The position numbers and the translations under genes were made by a program. From the NCBI GenBank assembly GCA_963837245.1, contig CAWIMR010000029.1:347537-411536 (forward strand): a stretch of DNA of 64,000 nt, given 5' to 3'. Source of the DNA: an uncultured Acidobacteriaceae bacterium. Lineage in GTDB: Bacteria; Acidobacteriota; Terriglobia; Terriglobales; Acidobacteriaceae. Below are positions 19,231 to 27,780 of this stretch, one piece after another (position 1 is the stretch's first letter; the number at the start of each line of letters is the position of its first letter). The notes below the pieces were generated by a model that ran no database searches, had not been told where the DNA came from, and saw nothing but the letters and a program-made list of their open reading frames with translations.

Positions 19231-19718
19231 AGCGGCGAATTATTTTCGGACTGGCCGCGTTCCTACTTATAGGTTTTGCGTTCGCGCAAACGCCAGGAGA
19301 CAGGCAGCCGTCCGTAATCGTGGCGCCGATCGAGAACGTGCAGTTGCCTGCGGGCGGCAGCGCTAATCTCGCCCTCGATTTCCGGATCGGCACGGATTTT
19401 CATATCAACTCCAACAAACCGCGGGCTGATTATCTGATTCCGACTGTCCTGAAGCTGAATCCGCCTGTGCCGGTCACGATCGCCGATGTAAAGTATCCTG
19501 CTGGGGAAGACATGACGTTCGCCTTTTCCCCCAACGAAAAGCTCAGCGTGTACAGCGGCGACTTCAGCATCAACACCGTGTTGAAAGCTGCCGCCAATGC
19601 GGCTGCGGGAACGTATCCGGTGAAAGGCGAGCTGCGCTTTCAGGCTTGCGATCGCAGCGCATGCTATCCTCCGCGCAGCATTCCGGTGCAATTCCAGGTC
19701 ACCGTGGTGAAGAAGTAA
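19227..19718 (+). CDS. DsbD N-terminal (alpha) domain-like protein
   Basis: Signal peptide; FQACDRSACYPP matches the DsbD-alpha CxxxxC/CYPP region; start overlaps the tlpA stop. Confidence 0.65.
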   Translation: MKRRIIFGLAAFLLIGFAFAQTPGDRQPSVIVAPIENVQLPAGGSANLALDFRIGTDFHINSNKPRADYLIPTVLKLNPPVPVTIADVKYPAGEDMTFAFSPNEKLSVYSGDFSINTVLKAAANAAAGTYPVKGELRFQACDRSACYPPRSIPVQFQVTVVKK

Positions 19719-19724
19719 TCGCCC

Positions 19725-21167
19725 TCACAAATCCTTCGCTCTGCGCAACCGCGCGACAGTACGCTCCTGTCCCAAGTTAGCCATGACCGCGAATAAGCTG
19801 GGTGCAACGCCTTGTCCGGTGAGCGCGACGCGTGCCCCGTTAATTAGCGCGCCAGCTTTCACGTTTTTCTCTGCAGCAAAATCACGGAGCACCTTTTCAG
19901 TGCTTTCCTCGGAGAACACTACCTCCTGCTCGTAACGCGAAGCCAACCCCACCAGCATTTGCCGGACTGAATCGTCTCTTAGGAATTTCTGCACCGCCGT
20001 TGGGTCGGCTTCGTACTCATCGCTGAAGTAGCCACGAAACAAGGTTGCAAAGTCTTTCAGATTGCGCGCTCGAGGCTTCATCAGATCGACGGTGGCCTCC
20101 ATCGCCTCACGGCTGGTCTGGAACGGAATGAGCCCAGCCTTCTTCCACTCTTCTTCGATCAGAGGCAACAATAGGACAGTCGGATAGGCGCGAATGTACT
20201 CGGTGTTGAACCAGTCCAGCTTGCCGCGGTCGAAGACGGCATTCGACTTTTGAATCCCGCTAAGATCGAACACGTCGATCAACTCACGGTCGGTCATGAT
20301 CTCGCGCGAGGAGTCGGGGGGAGTCCATCCCAGCAAAGCCAGAAAATTGCGGAATGCGCCGGGAACAATCCCTTCGTCTTTGTATGCGATGACACTGGTG
20401 GCGCCGTGGCGTTTGCTGAGGCGCGTTTTGTCCGGCCCGAGGATGAGCGGCACGTGGGCAAAGACAGGCGGCGGCACTCCGATGGCGTTGTAGAGCATGA
20501 TCTGCTTCGGAGTATTGGAGAGATGGTCTGCGCCGCGCACGATGTGGGTCATACGCATCTCGAGGTCGTCCACTACAACGCTGAGGTGGTAGGTGGGAAC
20601 GCCATCCGATCGCAGCAGAACGAAATCCTCGATCTCGGTGTTGGCGAATTCAACCCGACCGAACACGGCATCGTCGAACGATGTGCTCCCGCTCTCCGGC
20701 ACCGCGAAGCGAATGGCGCAGTTTTCTCCAGCGCCCCGACGGGCTTTCGCTTCGGGGGCGGTGAGAGTTCGGCACTTTCCGTCATATTGCGGATCGCCGC
20801 CCTCAGCTTGCGCCTGTGCGCGCCGCTGTTCCAGTTCCTCCCGGGTGCAGAAGCAGTAATAGGCCGCGCCCGCTTCAACCAGGCGCTGCGCTGCAGACTG
20901 GTAAAGCTCCATTCGCTGCGACTGAAAATATGGGCCTTCATCCCAATCAATGCCCAGCCAACGCAGTCCCTCGAGGATGCCCTCGACCATCTCCGGCGTG
21001 GAACGCTCAAAGTCGGTATCTTCGATGCGAAGCACGAGCGTTCCGCCGAAATGCCGCGCGAATAGCCAGTTGAACAACGCCGTACGTGCGCCACCGACGT
21101 GCAGATAGCCAGTAGGCGAAGGCGCAAAGCGGAGACGCGGAGAATCCGTGGACAGCGCAGCTTCCAC
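19725..21167 (-). CDS. gltX: glutamyl-tRNA synthetase
   Basis: RFAPSPTGYLHVGGARTALFNW (HIGH) and KLSKR (KMSKS) motifs; GTG start. Confidence 0.9.
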   Translation of the reverse strand: MEAALSTDSPRLRFAPSPTGYLHVGGARTALFNWLFARHFGGTLVLRIEDTDFERSTPEMVEGILEGLRWLGIDWDEGPYFQSQRMELYQSAAQRLVEAGAAYYCFCTREELEQRRAQAQAEGGDPQYDGKCRTLTAPEAKARRGAGENCAIRFAVPESGSTSFDDAVFGRVEFANTEIEDFVLLRSDGVPTYHLSVVVDDLEMRMTHIVRGADHLSNTPKQIMLYNAIGVPPPVFAHVPLILGPDKTRLSKRHGATSVIAYKDEGIVPGAFRNFLALLGWTPPDSSREIMTDRELIDVFDLSGIQKSNAVFDRGKLDWFNTEYIRAYPTVLLLPLIEEEWKKAGLIPFQTSREAMEATVDLMKPRARNLKDFATLFRGYFSDEYEADPTAVQKFLRDDSVRQMLVGLASRYEQEVVFSEESTEKVLRDFAAEKNVKAGALINGARVALTGQGVAPSLFAVMANLGQERTVARLRRAKDL

Positions 21168-21333
21168 CTAGCGTCCCTCCGCCCGTTCCTCGAGCACAGC
21201 CTGCATTGCATCTTCTTCGCTGAGATTGGAGCATGGCATGGCCCAGAATTCGTCCCAATTCATGGTTCCTTGTTTCGGGAGCTTCATCGCGCCGGATGCC
21301 ACAAGCTGGCGTTCTTCCTCCGACAAATTCACG

Positions 21334-23073
21334 CTATTTTCCCTTCTCCCGCTTTTCGATCTTCGCCCAGCTATCCCGCAGCGGCACAGTACGGTTGAAG
21401 ACCAGCGCGCCGGGCTGCGAGTCGGGATCGACACAGAAGTATCCCAGACGCTCGAACTGGTAGCCATCGCCAGGCTTGGCGCCTGCCAAAGACGGCTCCA
21501 ACTTGGCGCTGGTCAACACTTCGAGAGAACCCGGATTGAGATTGGCGGTGAATTCCTCCCCTTCGGGCACATCATTCGGGTCTTCTTTGGTGAACAGGTT
21601 TTCGTACAGCCGCACTTCGGCACCAAGAGCGTGCTCCGCCGAGACCCAATGGATGGTGCCTTTCACCTTACGCCCGTCGGGTGAATTACCGCTGCGCGTC
21701 GCTGGATCGTAGGTGCAATGGACTTCGACGACCTCGCCGGTTTTCTCGTCCTTCACCACGCCTGTGCACTTGATGAAATATCCGCCGCGCAACCTGACTT
21801 CGCGTCCGGGTGACAACCGGAAAAACTGTTTGGGCGGGTCCTCGCGAAAGTCATCCTGCTCGATATAGAGCACGCGCGAGAACGGAACCTTCCGCGTGCC
21901 CGCGCCGGAGTCCTCGGGATTATTCACCGCCTCCACTTCTTCGACCTGACCTTCCGGGTAGTTATCGATAACGACTCGCAACGGGTGCAGAACCGCCATG
22001 GCCCGCAGCGCGTGCTTGTTCAGGTCTTCGCGCACGAAGTGCTCCAGCATCGCGAGTTCGATGATGCCGTTGGTTTTGGAGACGCCGATGGCGGCGCAGA
22101 AATTGCGAATCGCTTCCGGCGTATAGCCGCGCCGCCGGATGCCGGACAGCGTGGGCATGCGGGGATCGTCCCAGCCCCGCACATGTCCATCTCGCACCAA
22201 CTGCAGCAGTTTGCGCTTACTCAGCAGCGTGTAAGTCAGGTTGAGCCGGTCAAACTCGATTTGCTGTGACGGGAAAATGCCCAACTGCTCGATGAACCAG
22301 TTGTAGAGCGGCCGATGGTCTTCAAACTCGAGCGTGCAAATGGAATGGGTGACTTGCTCGATCGAGTCGGACTGCCCGTGGGCAAAATCGTACATCGGGT
22401 AGATGCACCAGTCGTTCCCGGTGCGATGGTGCTCGGCATGAAGGATGCGGTACATCACCGGATCGCGCAGGTTCAAGTTGTGCGAGGCCATGTCGATCTT
22501 GGCGCGCAGCGTCCGCGAACCATCGGGGAACTCGCCTGCCCGCATCCGCTCGAACTGCGCCAGGTTTTCTTCCACCGAACGATTGCGATACGGGCTATCT
22601 TTGCCCGGCTCATTCAGGGTTCCGCGATACTGCCGGACTTCCTCTGCGCTCAAATCGCAGACATAGGCCTTGCCGGCCTTGATGAGCTGCACGGCCCACT
22701 GGTGAAGCTGGCCAAAGTAGTCGGAAGCATAGAACAGCCGGTCCTCCCAATCAGCGCCCAGCCAGCGAACGTCGGTGATGATGGAGTCAACGTACTCCTG
22801 CTCTTCCTTCTCGGGATTGGTGTCGTCGAAGCGCAGGTTGGTCTTACCGCCGAACTCGGCTGCCAATCCAAAGTTGAGACAGATGGACTTGGCGTGGCCG
22901 ATATGGAGATACCCGTTGGGCTCGGGCGGAAAGCGGGTCTGTACCCGTCCGTTGTATTTGTTGGTTTTCAGGTCTTCGAGGACGATGTCGCGAACGAAGT
23001 TCGATGGCCGCGGTGACGGCTCAGCGGTGCCGGGGGTAGGAGCGGTAGTCACATCGCGGTCGGGGCTAGTCAT
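21334..23073 (-). CDS. glnS: glutaminyl-tRNA synthetase
   Basis: [18 protein letters not shown] (HIGH)...; the ORF track's 5' extension to 23256 is rejected in favour of the ATG at 23073 (MTSPDR...). Confidence 0.9.
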   Translation of the reverse strand: MTSPDRDVTTAPTPGTAEPSPRPSNFVRDIVLEDLKTNKYNGRVQTRFPPEPNGYLHIGHAKSICLNFGLAAEFGGKTNLRFDDTNPEKEEQEYVDSIITDVRWLGADWEDRLFYASDYFGQLHQWAVQLIKAGKAYVCDLSAEEVRQYRGTLNEPGKDSPYRNRSVEENLAQFERMRAGEFPDGSRTLRAKIDMASHNLNLRDPVMYRILHAEHHRTGNDWCIYPMYDFAHGQSDSIEQVTHSICTLEFEDHRPLYNWFIEQLGIFPSQQIEFDRLNLTYTLLSKRKLLQLVRDGHVRGWDDPRMPTLSGIRRRGYTPEAIRNFCAAIGVSKTNGIIELAMLEHFVREDLNKHALRAMAVLHPLRVVIDNYPEGQVEEVEAVNNPEDSGAGTRKVPFSRVLYIEQDDFREDPPKQFFRLSPGREVRLRGGYFIKCTGVVKDEKTGEVVEVHCTYDPATRSGNSPDGRKVKGTIHWVSAEHALGAEVRLYENLFTKEDPNDVPEGEEFTANLNPGSLEVLTSAKLEPSLAGAKPGDGYQFERLGYFCVDPDSQPGALVFNRTVPLRDSWAKIEKREKGK

Positions 23074-23669
23074 AGATTCCCTTGGCAGAGCTGCGGATTG
23101 CGAAGGTGTGCCAGACACACAGTTGGCCGAATCCTGTATTTTACGCGGTCGAGCGGCAGGAGGGTGTGCCAGCCGCCCCCACGCTGTCATCGCCTCCGGC
23201 CAGGCCATTCTTGTAAACCTTGGCAGCAATTCGTCACCACCCCCTCCCCTATGCACGATTCTTGAGAATCAATAGGTTAGCCTATAAATAACCGCTAAAA
23301 TCTTGATTCAACTAGGCTTATAGGTAAAATATTGATTTGCAATGGCTTGCGAATGTACACCTCGAGATTCCACATCCTAAGTCCGGCCGCACCCGGCAAA
23401 CGATTCTCCCTGACTGACACCAGCCAGCAACCGCGAAGAGGCGTTTGCCGGAGATTCCGGATTCGCCTCATGACAATTCCTTCAGACCGAAACACGATCA
23501 TCTTGCATAAAACAAAAAACCACGCACTCGGCACACCAGTGCCGACCGCATGGTTCGACTCAAGCTGACCTTAGCATCCTCTGGCGGATTGTCTGTGATC
23601 AAGGAGGGTTTATTTCGTCTGTCTTCCCAGATTGGGAAGCATGAATCACTGCCGCACTCCTCGAGCTTC

Positions 23670-24164
23670 TCACGGCCAGCAAATCTCGGTCAGGAGCACG
23701 GCCACCTGGGCAATGGCGACATTGTCGGTGCCCATACCTTCCGGGGTTTTCGCCTTGATGCCGACACACGAAGGATCAATACTCAGCAACTCGGCGACAC
23801 GCTGCTGAATCGTCTTGGCGTACGGCCCGATCTTGGGCGCAGCCAGAATGAGGGTGCTGTCCACGTTGCCTACGACGTAACGGGCTTCTTCGATCTGCCT
23901 CAGCGCCTCCCGGACGAACAGAACCGAGTCGGCCCCTTTCCACTTCGGATCGGTTGGCGGAAAGAACGTGCCGATGTCTCCGGCGCCGATTGCGCCGAGC
24001 AGCGCATCGGTCAAGGCGTGCAGCAAAACGTCGCCGTCGGAGTGGCCGGCGAGACCGCTGTGGTGGGGAATGAGGACACCACCGACCTTGAGCGGGACGC
24101 CGGGCTTGAACTCGTGGGAGTCCCAGCCAAAGCCAATGCGCGGGATGTGTTGTGGGTTGGACAA
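23670..24164 (-). CDS. ispF: 2-C-methyl-D-erythritol 2,4-cyclodiphosphate synthase
   Basis: RIGFGWDSHEF..GHSDGDVLLHALTDALLGA signature. Confidence 0.92.
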   Translation of the reverse strand: MSNPQHIPRIGFGWDSHEFKPGVPLKVGGVLIPHHSGLAGHSDGDVLLHALTDALLGAIGAGDIGTFFPPTDPKWKGADSVLFVREALRQIEEARYVVGNVDSTLILAAPKIGPYAKTIQQRVAELLSIDPSCVGIKAKTPEGMGTDNVAIAQVAVLLTEICWP

Positions 24165-24479
24165 GATTGCCGTCTTTGCGTTCTTTTTCGCCCTGCCGAG
24201 TTTGCGCGAGAACCGTGCCGCCCCTGCCGGGGCTCAGATTGATTTTCACGCCGCACCCAGCACTCCGCCTTCGGCTCCGTGCTGGGCTAAACTGAGCCGC
24301 CCCTTCGGGCTGGAGTGGCAGCGAGGTGCAAGGTTGCTTCTCCAACCGCAAGATATGTGCTGTCCCTGGCGGACTCGCTAGAATTTCCAGTCCACCCTGG
24401 TCCAGCGCGTCAAACTCCTTGCGCTACCCGCATTGCGCCTGCGGCTAAACTGAATCGCCCTTAGAGCTGGAGTTGCAGC

Positions 24480-25220
24480 TCACCCGCCCAGGCTCGCCTT
24501 GCGGCGGTTCTCCTGCGAGAGGAAGAATTCCGCCAGCTCCATATCCGCAGGGGTCGTAATCTTCATGTTGCGGGGCGAGCCCATGACAACATGCACGGTC
24601 CCACCATTGCGCTCGATCAGCGAGGCCTCGTCCGTTCCCATGAAGCCATCCGTTAGGGCTTCCTCGAAGGCCCTTTTCAGCAGGCCGAAGCGGAAGCCTT
24701 GCGGGGTCTGCGCCAACACCATACGCTCGCGAGGAACGGTGGCAATCACCACCGCGCCGTCGGCAGTTCGGTCCACCTGTTTCACCGTATCCACCGCAGG
24801 GACACCGGCAATCGCGGCATCATACTTTTTCACCGCTTCGATCACGCCCACGATGGTGTCCTGGTCCACGAAGGGCCGCACCGCATCGTGTACCAGAACG
24901 ATATCATCGTCGGCGGCTTGGATTGCGGCCAGCGCATTGGCCACCGAATTCTGGCGGTGCTCTCCGCCTTCCACGGTTCGAATCGGCTTCTTGAAGCTCT
25001 CCTCTGCGATCTGTTTCTGAAAATCCGCTGTTTCGTTCTTTCGCAGGGCGACTACGATCTCGCTCACCGCCTCGCACTGCGCAAACTTGCGCAGGGTATG
25101 CACGAGAATAGGAGTCCCTTGCAGATCAAAAAACTGTTTGCTCTTGTTTTTAGGAGCGCCGCGCGCGGCAGACATGCGCGTGCCCAGTCCGGCGGCGGGA
25201 ATGACGACGATCACCTTCAT
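24480..25220 (-). CDS. ispD: 2-C-methyl-D-erythritol 4-phosphate cytidylyltransferase
   Basis: VVIPAAGLGTRM signature; start set at MKVIVV (ATG 25220) rather than the upstream in-frame extension. Confidence 0.9.
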   Translation of the reverse strand: MKVIVVIPAAGLGTRMSAARGAPKNKSKQFFDLQGTPILVHTLRKFAQCEAVSEIVVALRKNETADFQKQIAEESFKKPIRTVEGGEHRQNSVANALAAIQAADDDIVLVHDAVRPFVDQDTIVGVIEAVKKYDAAIAGVPAVDTVKQVDRTADGAVVIATVPRERMVLAQTPQGFRFGLLKRAFEEALTDGFMGTDEASLIERNGGTVHVVMGSPRNMKITTPADMELAEFFLSQENRRKASLGG

Positions 25221-25302
25221 GATGGGGAGCGCAGTATAAACGCACAAGGCGTGCAATTCAAATCGCCACCAAGCTAATGGCGGCAGCACAGTCACCCGGG
25301 AG

Positions 25303-26403
25303 CTATTCCGGTTTTGTCGCTTCGGGAGCCACGGCCGCCGGCGTTGGCGCAACCGGCGGTGGAATCACCGATTTGCGAAAGTCCGACCGCGGTTCGCTGG
25401 AACGAGGCGGGTACATGCCTCGCTCGTCGAACTTACCGAAAATCATTTTGCCCGCGGTCGTCTGCAGTACCGAAGTCACGGAGATCTCGACGTTCTTGCC
25501 AATCATCTTGCGGGCGTTGTCCACGACCACCATGGTTCCGTCGTCAAGATAGGCCACGCCCTGGTTGTATTCCTTGCCTTCCTTCAGGATGAAGACCTTC
25601 ATGATTTCGCCGGGCAGGACAATCGGCTTCAGCGAGTTGGCCAGCTCGTTGATGTTCAGCACCTCAACGCCCTGCAGCTGCGCCACTTTGTTGAGGTTGA
25701 AGTCATTGGTGACGATCTTGCCTTCGTACACCTTGGCCAACTCGATCAGCTTCAGGTCCACTTCGCGCACGGCGGGAAAATCGTCTTCCACGATCTGGAT
25801 GTGGAGCGTCGCAATCTTCTGGATGCGCTGCAAGATGTCGAGGCCACGGCGGCCGCGATTGCGCTTCATGGAGTCGGCGGAGTCGGCCACCAACTGCAGC
25901 TCACGCAACACGAACTGTGGAATCACGATGACGCCGTCGAGGAAGCCGGTTTCGGCGATGTCGGCAATCCGGCCATCAATGATGACACTGGTGTCGAGAA
26001 TCTTGTAGCTCCTCTTGGACTGCTTCTCGCCGCCGAAGAGCCCTCCCAGCGCAGCCAGGTTGAGCAGGTCGCCCTTACCGGCGCCTACGATGAGGCCGAC
26101 ATAGGCCATGATCAGCATCACAAAGAGCTGCAGGAAGCTTTGGGTTGCGCCGGGCCGAATACTATTGCGGATGACGAGGCTGAAGAGGTAAGCGCCGATG
26201 ATTCCGGAGATGCTGCCGATGACGGCACCGATCAGCCGCTTGAGGCTGACCTGCCGCAGGCGCATTTCGAAGAGTACGACCCCCAGACCGAAGAGCACTC
26301 CGACGCCGGCGGAAGGCCAGCGATCTAATCCGAGAGGCTGTAATTCGTAACTGGCAAGGGCTGTAATGAAGACAAATAAAGTACGAATAAGAACCAGGTC
26401 CAA
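25303..26403 (-). CDS. PIN/TRAM-domain membrane protein (YacL-like)
   Basis: N-terminal TM helices, PIN domain (ILDTSVIIDGRI) and C-terminal TRAM-like beta domain; conserved synteny with ispD/ispF as in Bacillus yacL-yacM-yacN. Confidence 0.8.
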   Translation of the reverse strand: MDLVLIRTLFVFITALASYELQPLGLDRWPSAGVGVLFGLGVVLFEMRLRQVSLKRLIGAVIGSISGIIGAYLFSLVIRNSIRPGATQSFLQLFVMLIMAYVGLIVGAGKGDLLNLAALGGLFGGEKQSKRSYKILDTSVIIDGRIADIAETGFLDGVIVIPQFVLRELQLVADSADSMKRNRGRRGLDILQRIQKIATLHIQIVEDDFPAVREVDLKLIELAKVYEGKIVTNDFNLNKVAQLQGVEVLNINELANSLKPIVLPGEIMKVFILKEGKEYNQGVAYLDDGTMVVVDNARKMIGKNVEISVTSVLQTTAGKMIFGKFDERGMYPPRSSEPRSDFRKSVIPPPVAPTPAAVAPEATKPE

Positions 26404-26761
26404 GCGACACCTCCCATGCCTGTCCTGGCGTCTACGGCCGGATTCAACGAGCGCCGGGGATATGAAGAGTATGCCGGCGATTCATTCCCGATCCCAAAGA
26501 CGCACGGGCGGGCCTTGACTCGTTCGCTTTCTCTGAACTTCTATCAACAACTCATGTCGAGGCCTATGAAATGATCGCGCCTCGATCCGCCGAATCGGCG
26601 GATATGTAAAGCTCTACCTAGGCGAAGTATATACCAGTTTCTTGCGCCTGCTCAGCCGCGTTGCGATATGAGAGCGATTAGCAAGTCCGATTTGGGCAAC
26701 AAGACGCCGTCGCACGAATCAAGACAGCGCTCCAACCTCCCTAAGATGTTCGCGAGATGTC

Positions 26762-27508
26762 TCAGGCGAACATGGCGCCAATGGCAGCCCCGCCCAGAAC
26801 AAAGATTATCCACCAGCCAAAAACGACCGCCATGCAGGTGCCGAGTTTGACCTTGGTCAGGCACGAATAGCCGATTCCAGCCAGAACCAGGGTCCAGATC
26901 GTGAACAGGTCAAGCGAGATCGCCACCGCATAGAGAAAATGAGAACTGGGGTCCACCAATGCGCCGGGGTTGCTGGCTACGGGATTCTGAAAGGTGAAGC
27001 CCTCGGCTCCGCCGACGCCTACGGCAAGAATGGCGATGAGCGCTTTCAAGATTCCGGGCAGCCACGAGTAGAGAGTGACGGCGAGGCACTGTTTGAACTT
27101 GAGCTCCGCACCAAAGCCGAAGTTGAAAGTCGCCAGCAGTATCGCGGCGATGATGACCGCAAAAACCAGGGCCAGAACTGGATAAACATAGGAAACTGTG
27201 CGATTGAACTTGACGATGGTCTCCATTTGCGCGGCCCGCTGATCAGGCGGCAATTGATCCAGCTTGGCGGCCTGTTTGGGCGAGAGCGCCATCTGGTTCT
27301 CGACCACCTTTTCCATGCCGAGCTTCTTGTCAACCACATACACCAGCGCAAAACTGGAGATCGCCATCAGGACAAAAGGAAGCCACCAACTGGCACTGCG
27401 ACGGATGTCGGTGAATGTCTTGCGTGGTGCAACGAAGGTGTCTACGACACGTTCGGTCTCGGACAGAGGCGGTTGTTCGAGCAGCGGTGAAGAAGCGGCA
27501 GAACTCAT
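26762..27508 (-). CDS. Yip1-domain integral membrane protein
   Basis: Five TM helices after a ~60-aa cytoplasmic N-terminus; start set at MSSAASS. Confidence 0.55.
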   Translation of the reverse strand: MSSAASSPLLEQPPLSETERVVDTFVAPRKTFTDIRRSASWWLPFVLMAISSFALVYVVDKKLGMEKVVENQMALSPKQAAKLDQLPPDQRAAQMETIVKFNRTVSYVYPVLALVFAVIIAAILLATFNFGFGAELKFKQCLAVTLYSWLPGILKALIAILAVGVGGAEGFTFQNPVASNPGALVDPSSHFLYAVAISLDLFTIWTLVLAGIGYSCLTKVKLGTCMAVVFGWWIIFVLGGAAIGAMFA

Positions 27509-27780
27509 GGGATCTCCTTGATCCAGACAATTGTTGTAGCGGAGCTCGATGCGGCGAGATTGTACCATCAGGAGACCAGTCTGGATTCAGCCGAACCGCA
27601 GCGGGCTGTCGTAGGGGAGCTTGTTCGGGCACGAACAGGGGCGTCCGGCGACGAACACTACGTCCCCGATCAACCGTATTGCTGGATCCTAAGTGACTGC
27701 CAAGAAATGGTTTACGCCAGTTCTGACTTGGCCAAAGGATTGCCACTTCTTACACTGAACCTTCCGTCTAAAGGGGCAAG

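Noticed and set aside
23529-23544. Intrinsic terminator for ispF on the minus strand
   Set aside because: The hairpin CGGCAC-tggt-GTGCCG exists, but the T-run on the minus strand starts 9 nt after the stem, too far for a canonical terminator. Kept only as a possible RNA 3' structure in the antisense hypothesis.
26582-26600. Perfect 9-bp palindrome ATCCGCCGAATCGGCGGAT upstream of the yacL-like gene as a regulator site
   Set aside because: Single isolated GC-rich palindrome with no second copy and no U-tract. Cannot distinguish an operator from a chance hairpin.
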